Source: an uncultured Nitrospiraceae bacterium (GTDB taxonomy: Bacteria > Nitrospirota > Thermodesulfovibrionia > Thermodesulfovibrionales > UBA6898). Taken from it: a DNA stretch of 64,000 bases. Under the pieces are notes generated by a model. The model saw only the letters and a program-made list of their open reading frames with translations, was not told the DNA's origin and searched no databases. Below are positions 19,512 to 29,988 of this stretch, piece after piece. The stretch spans positions 64,001 through 128,000 of the forward strand of contig CAWEQH010000008.1 of NCBI GenBank assembly GCA_963811165.1, read 5' to 3'. Each line of letters starts with the position of its first letter. Position 1 is the first letter of the stretch. The position numbers were made by a program, and so were the translations under genes.

Positions 19512-20417
19512 ATGAAAATTACCTCCATATTTTTGAGTATCCTGCTAATCTTCTCACTTATCATTTATTTTTTCGCCAGGGAAGTGATGATAGCCCAGCC
19601 GGCCATCTGTAAGGCTTGTCATTTCATCTACCCGTATTACAACAAATGGGAAAGGTCAACGCATAAGATGGTGCCTTGCCTAAAGTGCCACGAGTACGGG
19701 CCCCTGAATGCGATTTCAGGACAACTCCGCTTTATCGCAGGCACTTATAACCCCAGGCCGCTTACGAATGTGCCTGATTCCAAGTGCCTCCAGACAGGGT
19801 GCCATGAGATGAGACTGATAGAATCGAAGGTAAATTTTACGCGGCAGATGATTGTATTTGATCACAAACCCCATTTCACCCAGCACCGCAGGGGAATAAA
19901 CCTCCACTGCCGGAGCTGCCATTCCGATATCGTCCAGGGTGAGCATATGAAGGTCTCCGTAAACGTCTGTTTCCTCTGCCATCTGAATGTCGGGGACGCT
20001 TCCGAGAACAAAAAACGATGCACAGTCTGCCATAATGAGCCGAAGGCAACCGTTCAGTACAAAGGGTTTTCCTTCAAACACATCAAACCGCTTGAAAAAG
20101 GGTATTTATGCATCGACTGCCATACGTCGGTAAAGCTCGGTGATGGTGCTGTCCCGAAAGAAAGGTGTTTTTTCTGCCACGTCGACAGGACTGAAAAATT
20201 CAAGGACCCGGAATTCGTTCACAGGCAGCACGTTACGAAAAAGCAGATATCCTGTTTCTTCTGTCATGAACTCGTTGAACACGGAAGTGTCAAGATTGAA
20301 AACGTAGAAAGGATATTACAGGACAAAACGCCCAAAAATAAGGGGCACGGGATAGACGTACGATCGCCCGATGACTGCCGTAACGAAAGAGGAGACGATG
20401 CCGGGGCGTTTTCCTAA
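19512..20417 (+). CDS. Membrane-anchored multiheme cytochrome c (NapC/NirT-like N-terminus)
   Basis: N-terminal TM helix, 8 CxxCH plus one Cx4CH (CLQTGCH). Confidence 0.88.
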   Translation: MKITSIFLSILLIFSLIIYFFAREVMIAQPAICKACHFIYPYYNKWERSTHKMVPCLKCHEYGPLNAISGQLRFIAGTYNPRPLTNVPDSKCLQTGCHEMRLIESKVNFTRQMIVFDHKPHFTQHRRGINLHCRSCHSDIVQGEHMKVSVNVCFLCHLNVGDASENKKRCTVCHNEPKATVQYKGFSFKHIKPLEKGYLCIDCHTSVKLGDGAVPKERCFFCHVDRTEKFKDPEFVHRQHVTKKQISCFFCHELVEHGSVKIENVERILQDKTPKNKGHGIDVRSPDDCRNERGDDAGAFS

Positions 20418-20680
20418 TCGAAGAGGCCTGTAAGGGCGTTGGCCCTTTCCTCTATATTCTTGGTTATGCTTTCCTGGGCTTCTTTTAACTTCTGCAATTC
20501 GTCGGCGATGTTCAGGGACGCAAGGATTGCGGCCTTTAGCGGTGATATCCCCGGCGAGGAGTTATAGACCTCCTTGAGTTTCTCATCTACGAATGAGGCC
20601 AGCCCTTTAATATAGTCTTCCGGAGCGTCTCCCTTGAGAGTATATTTTTGACCCAGGATAGTGACCTCGATGCTCCCCAT
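20414..20680 (-). CDS. zapA: Cell division protein ZapA
   Basis: IEVTILGQKYTLK...AAILASLNIADEL. Confidence 0.9.
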   Translation of the reverse strand: MGSIEVTILGQKYTLKGDAPEDYIKGLASFVDEKLKEVYNSSPGISPLKAAILASLNIADELQKLKEAQESITKNIEERANALTGLFD

Positions 20681-20687
20681 ATCCGCC

Positions 20688-21014
20688 TCAGCTCTCTATC
20701 GTTTCGAGTTCGTTAAGGAGCTCTTCCAACTGAAAGCCGATAGAACTTTTCTCCGTCTTCAACGATTCTACCTCCTGGTTCTTCTCGTCCAGAAGCGCCT
20801 CGAGCTTTTTTATCTTTTTTTCGAGATCTATTTTTTCTTCCTTCAATGCCTTTACCCGCTCCACTGCGGCGGTGATCTTTTCCTCAAGATTTTTCAGTCT
20901 ATCCAATGGCTGGACCTCCCTGTTTATTTTGGAAGAATCTGTCCTTATTTTCCCGGCGGATTCTTTTCCATGGGTATCATCGTCAAATAGGGTTTTTCCC
21001 CATTCCATTTTCAT
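20688..21014 (-). CDS. ZapB-like coiled-coil protein (start uncertain)
   Basis: Heptad-rich coiled coil directly upstream of zapA. Confidence 0.7.
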   Translation of the reverse strand: MKMEWGKTLFDDDTHGKESAGKIRTDSSKINREVQPLDRLKNLEEKITAAVERVKALKEEKIDLEKKIKKLEALLDEKNQEVESLKTEKSSIGFQLEELLNELETIES

Positions 21015-21077
21015 AAAATACCAAATGTAAACCCTGTCTGTCTATACACCCGATACAGAAGTTACATGAATACTCTC

Positions 21078-21599
21078 TTACTGGCCCCTGTCGTGTCCCT
21101 CGCTGCCGCCGCTGAGCATTTTTTCTACGGAAGGCAAAAGCCTTATCTTGACGACCACCTTGCCGTCTTTGACCCTATAGTCCGTGTCAAGAACATCATC
21201 GATCCCGAAGACAAAAGGAAGATAAAGGGGCCGTATCTCGTACCCGAGCACATCTCCCTTTGCATCGACAAGCTCGCCTAGCTGGGCCCTGTGAAATGCG
21301 GGGTTACAGCCAACAAACTTCCGGGCCACTTCAAGGGCCTCCTTTGCGGGAACCCCCTTTACGGTGCGGTAATTAAAATCAGGGGCAAAAATATCAAAGA
21401 CATACGGGCCGCCTTCCTTTGCGAGTATCGCGACCGATTCGAGGTCGTCTTGGTAGCTGCAGCCATAAAGTATCAGCGTATAGCTTCCGGTTACCGTGCT
21501 CTCGGTGGTTGATTTTATATCCAGCCGATTTCCAAGGGAGCATGAACCCAGGGTCATCGCCAGGACAGCCAGCAAAATTATGTACATAACCCTCTTCAT
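21078..21599 (-). CDS. Putative lipoprotein
   Basis: Signal peptide with lipobox-like LGSC. Confidence 0.75.
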   Translation of the reverse strand: MKRVMYIILLAVLAMTLGSCSLGNRLDIKSTTESTVTGSYTLILYGCSYQDDLESVAILAKEGGPYVFDIFAPDFNYRTVKGVPAKEALEVARKFVGCNPAFHRAQLGELVDAKGDVLGYEIRPLYLPFVFGIDDVLDTDYRVKDGKVVVKIRLLPSVEKMLSGGSEGHDRGQ

Positions 21600-21625
21600 G
21601 GTTATATTATAGCTCTTTTTTCAAG

Positions 21626-22290
21626 CTATTGCGAAATGAGTTCCCTGAAATCATCAAGGGACGGGAACTCCCTAGAACTCCCCTTTTCCGCCTTTGAACT
21701 TGAGAACGATTTATAAAGAATATATCTTATCCCGAATTTTTTTGCCGCCCTAAGTACCGCCTTGGTATCGTCTATAAATAAGGACTCCTCCTTCTTAAAC
21801 CCGAGTCGTTTTTCGGCCTTTTCCCAAAATTCCTGCATCTCCTTGGGATAGCCTATTTCAAACGACGTTACCGTAGCGTCGAAAAACCTTCCAATTCTGG
21901 TCTTTTTCAGTTTGATGTCAAGAACCTTATAGTGGGCGTTTGTGACGAGGAAGACCTTTTTTTTGCGCCGCTTCAGCATCTTGAGGAATTCCTCCACATG
22001 GGGATGTACCTCGATGAGGTGTTTGATCTGCTCTTTAAGGGCCGGGATGTCTATGTCCACCTCCCTGGACCAAAAGTCTATGTCGGTCCAGTTCAGCGTG
22101 CCTTCATGGGCCTTATATTTTACGAGCAGTTCTTCTTTTGCCTTGCCGAAGGTGATGTTTTTTTCTCGGCATATTTCTCCGGCAGAAGGTGTTCCCAGAA
22201 GTAGTCGTCGAAATATTTGTCGAGCAACGTCCCGTCCATATCCAAAAGGACATACCTGATATCGGCTAGTGGAATTATTGTGGTATACAT
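21626..22290 (-). CDS. HAD-family hydrolase (YrfG-like nucleotidase), frameshift in an A-run near 22160
   Basis: N-terminus VLLDMDGTLLDKYFDDYFW read from ATG 22290; continues as ORF 21626-22060 (LVTNAH, LFIDD). Confidence 0.85.
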
Positions 22291-22344
22291 CGCATACTCC
22301 TTATGGGAAGACTGAAGGCGGCCGAAAAGGCCGTATGTGTGCGG

Positions 22345-22932
22345 CTACAGTTTTCCCTTTGTCGAGGGCACGCCTTTTACGCGCGGGTCGATCTCGACCG
22401 CCTGTCTAAGCGCCCTGCCGAGTGCCTTGAAAACCGCTTCGATTATATGATGGGTATTTCTGCCATAAGGGACTAAGACGTGGAGCGTGGTCCCTGAGTG
22501 GCTGACAAAGGCCTGCAGAAAATCCTCGATAAGATCGGGATCAAAATCCTTTAGTTTGCTCTTTTTCGGGAATTCGACCCGGTAAATGAGATAGGGCCTC
22601 CCGCTCATATCGAGATTTACCGAGGCCAGAGACTCGTCCATCGGTACCGAGGCCTGGCCGTAACGGCGTATCCCCCTCATGTCGCCAAGGGCCTGCCTGA
22701 ACGCTTTTCCAAGGACTATCCCCGTGTCTTCTACCGTATGATGGTCATCGATCTCGATGTCGCCCTTTGCCTTTATTTTAAGGTCGAAAAGACCGTGCTT
22801 TGACATAAGGGAAAGCATATGATCCAGAAAGGGGATAGAAGTATTTATCGTGTATCTGCCTGTGCCGTCGAGATCTATCTCTATCTTTATGACTGTCTCT
22901 TTGGTCTTCCTCTCAACCGAGGTTCTCCTCAT
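22345..22932 (-). CDS. hisB: Imidazoleglycerol-phosphate dehydratase
   Basis: [25 protein letters not shown]. Confidence 0.97.
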   Translation of the reverse strand: MRRTSVERKTKETVIKIEIDLDGTGRYTINTSIPFLDHMLSLMSKHGLFDLKIKAKGDIEIDDHHTVEDTGIVLGKAFRQALGDMRGIRRYGQASVPMDESLASVNLDMSGRPYLIYRVEFPKKSKLKDFDPDLIEDFLQAFVSHSGTTLHVLVPYGRNTHHIIEAVFKALGRALRQAVEIDPRVKGVPSTKGKL

Positions 22933-22960
22933 GTAAGTCTCCCTTTCAACGAAGCGGACA

Positions 22961-23992
22961 TCATAGCCCGATTTCCCTTAAAGCTCCTAAAAAGGCGGTA
23001 TTTTCCGAAGGCTTGCCGACGGTAACCCTCAGGCACCCCCTGACGGCGGCCGTCATATTTCTTACGAGAATGCCCCGGTTAAGAAGTGAATTATATACGC
23101 TATCCGGGTAATTTACCGAAAAAAGTATGAAATTGGCTTCCGAAGGAAACGGTCTGATGCCATTTATCTTTTTCATCTCCCTAAAGAGCCTCTTTCTTTC
23201 AGAGATGATAGCCCTGACGGAGGAGCTCAGGAGTTTTTTCTCTTTCAGCGCGGCAATTGCAACAGCCTGTGAGAGTGAATTAACATTAAAAGGAAGCCTT
23301 ACCTTGTTGACCTCGCCCACAATAGTGTGATCGGCGATAAGAAAACCGGTCCGAAGCGCGGCAAGGCCTATTTTGCTCAATGTCCTCATAATGACGAGGT
23401 TAGGGTAGTCTTTTTGCATAGGAAGGAAGCCTTCTTCACTCGCAAAAGGCTGATACGCCTCATCAACTACGACAATGCATTTTGACCTCTCGATAATCTT
23501 CAATATTTTTTCCGCTGAAAAGCAGTTGCCGGTCGGGTTATTGGGGCTGCTGAGAAATATAAGCTTAGGCCTCTCTGCTTTGATCGCGGACAAGATCTCC
23601 TCCAGGTCGAGATCGAACTCACCATCCAGGGGGATACCGATATTTTTTTCACCCAGCGCCTGGGCGATAATTCCGTACATCGAAAAAGTCGGCACAGGAT
23701 AGAGGACCGGCCCCCCAAAGGTGGCGATAAGATAATAGATCAGCTCGTCCGAGCCGTTTCCTTGCAAGAGAGCATCCTTATTTACCCCGAGGTCTTTTGC
23801 AAGAAGTCCTCTCAGTCGCCCGGCTTCAGGGTCGGGATACCTGTTCGTCTCAAGTCCGCTCACTGCCTTTAACGCACGGCTAAAGCCGTAAGGGCTTTCG
23901 TTTGCATCGAGCTTTATCCTGCAGGGAATCTCCTTCGCATTATATGCCCTGAGACCGGAGACTTCCTTTTTCACAAGTCTTCTGATATTCAT
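22961..23992 (-). CDS. hisC: Histidinol-phosphate aminotransferase
   Basis: [32 protein letters not shown]; start approximate. Confidence 0.95.
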   Translation of the reverse strand: MNIRRLVKKEVSGLRAYNAKEIPCRIKLDANESPYGFSRALKAVSGLETNRYPDPEAGRLRGLLAKDLGVNKDALLQGNGSDELIYYLIATFGGPVLYPVPTFSMYGIIAQALGEKNIGIPLDGEFDLDLEEILSAIKAERPKLIFLSSPNNPTGNCFSAEKILKIIERSKCIVVVDEAYQPFASEEGFLPMQKDYPNLVIMRTLSKIGLAALRTGFLIADHTIVGEVNKVRLPFNVNSLSQAVAIAALKEKKLLSSSVRAIISERKRLFREMKKINGIRPFPSEANFILFSVNYPDSVYNSLLNRGILVRNMTAAVRGCLRVTVGKPSENTAFLGALREIGL

Positions 23993-24106
23993 CGCGAGCA
24001 TTATATCATAAAAAGCGCGTAGTTCTCCCAAAAACACGGGGTGTAGCGATGCGCCCGGAATTGTTATAAAATATGAACAAGATTTTTAAAGAACGGAGGA
24101 TGAGAG

Positions 24107-24298
24107 ATGAAGATACCAGTTATTGATTTCGAGGCGTGCGAAGGATGCGGTACCTGCGAAGCCCTCTGCCCGGATGTCTTTAAGGTAAAAGAGGACGGCA
24201 AAGCGTATGTGATTAACGCCAAGGCGTGCGAGACATGCGACTGCCAGGAGGCTGCCGATTCGTGTCCGGTCGAATGCATAAAAATGGAGGAGGCGTAA
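24107..24298 (+). CDS. Small ferredoxin
   Basis: CEGCGTCEALCP...CPVECI. Confidence 0.92.
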   Translation: MKIPVIDFEACEGCGTCEALCPDVFKVKEDGKAYVINAKACETCDCQEAADSCPVECIKMEEA

Positions 24299-24307
24299 CA
24301 GGGACCC

Positions 24308-24339
24308 CATAAGCCTGCCGTGACCCCGGCAGGCTTATG
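24308..24339. terminator. Hairpin between convergent genes
   Basis: CATAAGCCTGCCG...CGGCAGGCTTATG perfect 13-bp stem. Confidence 0.65.
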
Positions 24340-25015
24340 CCTCAGGCAGTGTTTTTGATTTCCTTTTTTGGGCCGCCTCATCCAGGGCGAAATTTGTCCA
24401 GACGAGATTAAAGACGTCTCCGTAATCTCTCAGATAATCCTTTATCGAGCCTGAGCTGTCGACATTTTTTATATACCTCTTAAACTGCTTGTTGACTGAG
24501 GTGAGCACGTCTTGCTTTCTGTCTGCGGTATACGGATAGACGCATCCACTCATGACAGTGTTGCCGTCAAGGTTCAGGAGCCTTGTCGCAAAGATATCGC
24601 CTTTCTTGAGCCCCTTTGCGAGGTTCTTGTCGCGAAGTGAGAATTCTTCTTCCCGCAAAAGGTCTTTAATGACGACCCTTTTGTCTTTCGAAACGGAGAG
24701 CACCTCGTAAAGACTCAATATCGATCCCTTTATCTTTTTGATAATGTCCAGCTCTTCATCTTTCAAGTCCTTGTTGTCCCTTACGTAGATGTCCAGAAAA
24801 GTCTCCTTCTCCTCATTCACCTTGTGATCGAATATAAGCCAGTCTTCGAAATTGATAAACCCCAGTTCTAAGGCGGTGCCGGTCAGGAATTCGTCAGGGG
24901 AGTGTTCGTCCCAAAAAAATATATATGCCTTATCGATAGTTTCTGCGTGGTTTGTCCTTATCCACTGTATGATCGATTGAAACAACCGCGTTTTAAGGTC
25001 CTCTTCTTTTCCCAT
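24335..25015 (-). CDS. Hypothetical protein
   Basis: 226-aa ORF with AAGGAG RBS and globular composition. Confidence 0.8.
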   Translation of the reverse strand: MGKEEDLKTRLFQSIIQWIRTNHAETIDKAYIFFWDEHSPDEFLTGTALELGFINFEDWLIFDHKVNEEKETFLDIYVRDNKDLKDEELDIIKKIKGSILSLYEVLSVSKDKRVVIKDLLREEEFSLRDKNLAKGLKKGDIFATRLLNLDGNTVMSGCVYPYTADRKQDVLTSVNKQFKRYIKNVDSSGSIKDYLRDYGDVFNLVWTNFALDEAAQKRKSKTLPEA

Positions 25016-25270
25016 TTATCGTTCTCCTTGGCGTTTTTTGTCGGCTTGAGAGGAAATATATTAACTCTCCGGAAGGGTTTCCCGCAATGTCCCGGTGCCA
25101 AAGGGCAGTGTCCAGGGGACACTTTAGCGCAAAGGCATCCGATCCCGGCGTCGGGGTGTCCTTGACAACAGTGCCCGGCATTGATTAAAAAGGGATATGC
25201 ACGGCGGCCAGAGGATGTTTGAATGTGTATGCGTAAAGGCGTTAAGGGACCGATGTAGCATGGAGATAAA

Positions 25271-25972
25271 ATGCTGATCATCACGGGCACGGGGAGGTGC
25301 GGGACCGTCACACTTGCGAGGATGTTTGGAGGCCACCATGAATTCCGGGTGCAATATATCCTCGATAAATATTTCCTCAAGGCCGACCCCTTTTCAGACC
25401 TCTTTGGCACCATTGAAAAAAGGATTGAGGTGATGCTCGATCTTCACCAGGGGATAAATCGCAGTACCTTCATCGATTCATCGAACCTCTATATATATTT
25501 TATCGACGCCCTGTATGCGCTTGACCCCTCCACCCGGGTCATTCTTTCGGTAAGAAACGGGAAAGATTTTGTAAGGTCGGCACTAAGCCGCAGATGGCAT
25601 GAACAAAATATCTTCGGGACCCTGCCCTTTCGTAACGACCCCTATTATGAAAAATGGCCGTCCATGACCCCACTTCAAAAGAATGCATGGATATGGGTCT
25701 TTAGGAACAATAAGGCGTTAGAAGGGCTAAAGAAGGCGCCGGAAGGCAATAAGATGATCGTGAGGATAGAGGACATCAGAAAAGAAGATACCCTCGAAAA
25801 GCTCAAGGTCTTTACGGGGACAGGACTTAAGGAAAGGGAATGGGCTTCAAAAAGGGTTAACGCGAACCCCTCTTTCGATCTGCCGCCTAAAGAGGAATGG
25901 TCCGACAGCATGAACAGAGACTTTGATGAGATAGCAGGCGGGATGATGCGGTTTTTCGGGTACGCGTCCTAA
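25271..25972 (+). CDS. Sulfotransferase-like P-loop protein
   Basis: IITGTGRCGT (5'-PSB-like) and SVRNGKDFVRS (3'-PB-like) motifs. Confidence 0.65.
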   Translation: MLIITGTGRCGTVTLARMFGGHHEFRVQYILDKYFLKADPFSDLFGTIEKRIEVMLDLHQGINRSTFIDSSNLYIYFIDALYALDPSTRVILSVRNGKDFVRSALSRRWHEQNIFGTLPFRNDPYYEKWPSMTPLQKNAWIWVFRNNKALEGLKKAPEGNKMIVRIEDIRKEDTLEKLKVFTGTGLKEREWASKRVNANPSFDLPPKEEWSDSMNRDFDEIAGGMMRFFGYAS

Positions 25973-25981
25973 TCCGGATGA

Positions 25982-26356
25982 TCAGTATCTCTCAAGTCTT
26001 ATGGCCGCCGAACCTTTGGCCCTTCGCAAAATTGTTGCGTCGCCGGCGATCCTCCCTACTATATTTACCTCGCTTGCAGGCACCGGCTCAGGACCCTTGC
26101 TCATCGGCGTCGGCCCAAAAAAGATTGCGAGGGCGTTTCCAGGCGGCCAATAGCCTATGTCGCCGATCGATACCTTCGTCGTTGCAGTCTCATCCAGGGG
26201 CATCCTGACCGGGATCTCAAAATAAAATTCGTCTCCCCATTCATTGGGTTTCACTTGGATAGGAAGTATGTCAGCAATGGCCTTTGCCGTGGCTGTGTCG
26301 AAAAGCTCGGCATCGAGCATAATATCTTTGATTACGATCTTTATCTTCACAGGCAT
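25982..26356 (-). CDS. Cyclophilin-like fold protein
   Basis: WGDEFYFEIP, GDIGYWPPGNALAIFFGPTP. Confidence 0.85.
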   Translation of the reverse strand: MPVKIKIVIKDIMLDAELFDTATAKAIADILPIQVKPNEWGDEFYFEIPVRMPLDETATTKVSIGDIGYWPPGNALAIFFGPTPMSKGPEPVPASEVNIVGRIAGDATILRRAKGSAAIRLERY

Positions 26357-26648
26357 ATGAGTCCCTTGTTGTTAATTGTACCACGCATAAGCCGCACACG
26401 CCCGATATTTGTAGTGGTTTAATTAACCCATTACCCGATATTTCCCCCGGCATAACGGAGGCGAGGAAAAGGAGAAGAACCTGATAACTGATAGGTCTAC
26501 GCAATCGCAACTGTTGAAGAGTTCGTCCCGGCATACGCACCCGTTTTTTTCAACTGACAGGGTCACTCTTTTTCGGACTCAGCGTGCGGCGAGAGATAAG
26601 CCGACGTTTGTTTCATTCTGAGCTTTCCCCGATAATGTGGACACTTGG

Positions 26649-27535
26649 TTAAGTTTCATCAAGGAGCCGTTCAAATTGCTCTGGGCTCCTGTACCCTAAT
26701 GCCGAGTGTCTCCTCTGACGATTATAAAACACTTCTACGTACTCAAAGATACTAAGCCTTGCCTCAAGCCGTGAACGGTACTTCTCACCGTGGACCAATT
26801 CCGTCTTGAGCGTTCCGAAAAATGACTCCGCATAGGCATTGTCATAGCAATTGCCACTTCTGCTCATACTCGGAGTAATGCCGTATTCTCTGAGAAGCTC
26901 CTGATATGCATAACTCGCGTACTGCCTGCCTCGATCGGAGTGGTGGATCAACCCCTCAGGAGGGCTCTGCCTGCTGGCTGCCGCTTTTAGCGCATCAGAG
27001 GCGAGTTCCTGAGAAAGTTTATCGCTCATGGACAACCCTATAACTCTTCTGCTTTTCACATTTATCACAGCTGCCACATACAACCACCCCTCGGAAGTAG
27101 GAACAAACGTAATATCTGATGCCCATACCCCATCGGTCTGTCTCTTGCCAATCAGCAGGTTTGCCGCCAGAGCATAATCATGCCGTGAATCGGTAGTCCG
27201 CCTAAACCTCCTCCTCTTCACTTCCCCGCATATGGCATGATCCTTCATGATCCTGGCTACCCGGTTCTTCCCGCATTTGACACCCTCATCATTGAGTTCA
27301 GCCGTGATCCTTAGGCTCCCGTACAGCTTCCTGCTTCTTCTGTGGATCTCCTGTATGTGTCCCAGCAACTCCTGGTTGTCCTTTTGCCTCCTGCTAAGCG
27401 GACGGCTGCGCCACGCATAATACCCACTCCTGGATACCTTTAACACCTTGCACATGCTTCCCACCCTGTACTTCTCCCGATGCTCTTCCATCAACCCGTA
27501 CTTCGTCTGCTGCGTTTGGAGAATACGGCCAAGGC
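26649..27535 (-). CDS. IS3 transposase OrfB (DDE), reached by -1 frameshift
   Basis: WASDIT, HHSDRGRQY, GNCYDNAYAESFF; A7G slippery site at 27542-27535. Confidence 0.92.
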
Positions 27536-27805
27536 TTTTTTTAAAATGTCCCTCTCTTCCCTCACCCTTTCCAATTCCTTCCGAAGCTGCTTTATCTCCG
27601 CTCCCTCCGGACTTGAATGGCCTTTCCCCACAAATCCCTTCTCCCCGTCTTTCAGCAACCTCCTTCTCCATAAATGAAGTAAGTTGGGATGAATATCAAG
27701 GTCCCGAGCTACCTTCCCTACCGGCATACCCTTCTCCGTCACAAGGTGAACAGCATTCCTCTTGAACTCTCTCGTGAAATGACGACGCCTATCCTCTTTC
27801 CCCAT
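27491..27805 (-). CDS. IS3 OrfA (HTH)
   Basis: RRHFTREFKRNAV...VARDLDI...ERDILKKA; AAGGAGG RBS. Confidence 0.92.
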   Translation of the reverse strand: MGKEDRRRHFTREFKRNAVHLVTEKGMPVGKVARDLDIHPNLLHLWRRRLLKDGEKGFVGKGHSSPEGAEIKQLRKELERVREERDILKKALAVFSKRSRRSTG

Positions 27806-28044
27806 ACACACACCTCCTTTTCCATCTTACAAATCTTTAGGTGTGTCCATCAATTCGGGGAAGGCTCATTCGGTAATCAATAGGCAACGTCACGCCTGAC
27901 AGAAACACAGTTCCGCCCCGAATTCCGCATTGCTCCTGAACAGTGAATGAGGTAGTGCTGCGATCTCGGCTCCACCACTAACCCGCAAAACTAGCTCCTT
28001 GCTGAAATAAAGATTTCCGGTACAACCACGCATATTTTTTTGAG

Positions 28045-28274
28045 CAGTGGTTCGCGCCTCCAGTGCCATCTTTGTCTTGAACACTGCTCCGTGATTCTTT
28101 CTCGGTCTTTTTGCCATCTTAGCTGCTCTTTTTTGCTTTTTACAGGGGTCAATAGCAGAAATCGGTTTCGCCATTTGCCCCATACGTAGCGATCATGACA
28201 TGTCTAGATGTCTGATGCACCCTGTGAGCAGCTTTATCACTTATGTCTCTGTCCGGTTTTTCCGGGACAGCTCC
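28045..28274 (-). mobile_element. Remnant of a second IS3-family element
   Basis: End-like GGAGCTGTCCCGGAAAAACCGGACA and OrfA start MAKRPRKNHGAVFKTKMALEA, after which similarity is lost. Confidence 0.6.
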
Positions 28275-28464
28275 TGGATGGGGTTAGATTAAGAAGTATT
28301 AATAAGTTCTTCATGTTGTCTTAATGTCTATCCCTTAAAGTTCAGAGGGTTGAGCGATATATAAGATGGCGCAAGGAATTAAGGACATCGTTGGAAAAGC
28401 CGGTACTCTCGTGCCGGGAGAACCCGGCAATCACTCATTGGTAGAGGCTGCGGAGGTATAGAGT

Positions 28465-29988
28465 ATGTTGAGAAGGCATGCCGTTTGGAGATATTTAATA
28501 CAAAAAATTCCGTATCTTTTTCTTTCATCTCTTTTTTTGCCTGGGATGGTTGCGATATGCATTTTGGCTCCGCAGTATGCTTTTTCGGCGCAGGCCACGC
28601 TAACCTGGGACGCTCCGACCACAAATATTGATGGGACTCCTCTGACGGACCTTGCAGGCTATAAGATTTACTATGGCACTGCATCCGGCAATTATTCTCA
28701 GACTGTCGATGTTGGAAATGTAACGAGTTCAGGCGTTTTGAATCTGTCCGACGGAACTACCTATTACTTTGCAGTTACGGCATATGATACATCAGGCAAT
28801 GGAAGCGGTTATTCCAATGAAGTGAGTAAAACAACGCCGGCCGGACAGCAATATTCGGTATTGATAACAAAGAGCGGGACCGGGTCAGGTACTGTAACAA
28901 GTTCTGCGGGAGGGATAAATTGTGGCTCGTCCTGCACAGCGACTTACAATTCTGGTTCAGTAGTAACGCTGACAGCAACGCCTGCGGGTGGTTCGACGTT
29001 TACAGGTTGGTCAGGGGGAGGTTGTACAGGCACCGGCACATGCTCATTGTCAATGAGCGGCAATGTAACGGTAACGGCTTCCTTTGCGGTTAGCTCTTAC
29101 ACTGTTACTGCAACGGCTGGGACCGGCGGGACAGTATCCCCGTCTGGTTCGGTAGCTGTAAATAGCGGAGCAAGCAAGACATTCACGATAGCCCCGAATA
29201 CGGGTTATACAGTGTCGGGTGTGAAAGTGGATGGCGCATCGGTCGGGGCTATTACGACGTATACCTTCACCAACGTGACAGCAAACCACACGGTAGCCGC
29301 AACCTTCACCTATGTGGTTGCAGCAGCACCGACGGTCACCAGCATTTCGCCTCTGGCCGGGTCGACAGCGGGAGGCACAGCTGTGCAGATCACCGGCACC
29401 GGCTTTATCTCAGGCAGCGCGGTTAAGATAGGGGCTACGAATGCAACGGGTGTAGTTGTCAATAGCGCCACGAGTATAAGCGCAGTTACATCTGCCGGTG
29501 CAGCAGGCGCTGCTGATGTAGTCGTAACGAATACCAACGGAACAGGCACGCTCGCAGGCGGGTTTACTTACGTGGTTTCAGCACCCACAACAATCACCTT
29601 TGACAATCCTGTTCCATCAGGCGGTTCGGGAAGTTACTTGAACGGTCTCTTCCAGGGCATAAATTTCGGGACTAATCAGTGGCGGTGGGAAACTGCCTGG
29701 TTGGTTGATAGTACCAGGCATATCTACTTTGCCTCCTCTTCAGGCACTTCGCGCACCTTCACTTTTTCACCGGCGCCCAGGTTCCTCATCAGCATGAGAG
29801 TATTCGCGGGGCAAAATGGTACCCTCACGCTGAAGGATAACCTGGGGCAGACCATTACACAGGCAGTTACGACGGGTTCGATGCAGACCGTGACAACGGG
29901 CTGGACTCGGGCGTCTACGACAATCACGGTTCAATTTACCGCAGGCTGGGAGCTGGCAGTTGATGATATCACATTCAGAGCACCATAG
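28465..29988 (+). CDS. Secreted or surface protein with FN3, InlB-B-like repeats and an IPT/TIG domain
   Basis: Signal-like N-terminus, LTWDAP...YYFAVTAYD (FN3), VTLTATPAGGSTFTGWSGG, PTVTSISPLAGSTAGGT (IPT); Thr/Ser/Gly-rich. Confidence 0.87.
   Translation: MLRRHAVWRYLIQKIPYLFLSSLFLPGMVAICILAPQYAFSAQATLTWDAPTTNIDGTPLTDLAGYKIYYGTASGNYSQTVDVGNVTSSGVLNLSDGTTYYFAVTAYDTSGNGSGYSNEVSKTTPAGQQYSVLITKSGTGSGTVTSSAGGINCGSSCTATYNSGSVVTLTATPAGGSTFTGWSGGGCTGTGTCSLSMSGNVTVTASFAVSSYTVTATAGTGGTVSPSGSVAVNSGASKTFTIAPNTGYTVSGVKVDGASVGAITTYTFTNVTANHTVAATFTYVVAAAPTVTSISPLAGSTAGGTAVQITGTGFISGSAVKIGATNATGVVVNSATSISAVTSAGAAGAADVVVTNTNGTGTLAGGFTYVVSAPTTITFDNPVPSGGSGSYLNGLFQGINFGTNQWRWETAWLVDSTRHIYFASSSGTSRTFTFSPAPRFLISMRVFAGQNGTLTLKDNLGQTITQAVTTGSMQTVTTGWTRASTTITVQFTAGWELAVDDITFRAP

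Larger units (their letters stand above)
26619..27868 (-). mobile_element. Complete IS3-family insertion sequence, 1,250 bp
   Basis: TG...CA ends; imperfect IRs TGAGCTTTCCCCGATAATGTGGACAC and TGAGCCTTCCCCGAATTGATGGACAC; TTC duplicated at 26616-26618 and 27869-27871. Confidence 0.93.

Noticed and set aside
27955..27980. GGCTCCACCA resembling a tRNA-Ala or tmRNA 3' end (att site)
   Set aside because: No T-loop (GTTCGA) or cloverleaf upstream
28330..28465. c-di-GMP riboswitch before the surface protein
   Set aside because: Only a short GCCGG/CCGGC pairing; class I and II consensus elements are absent
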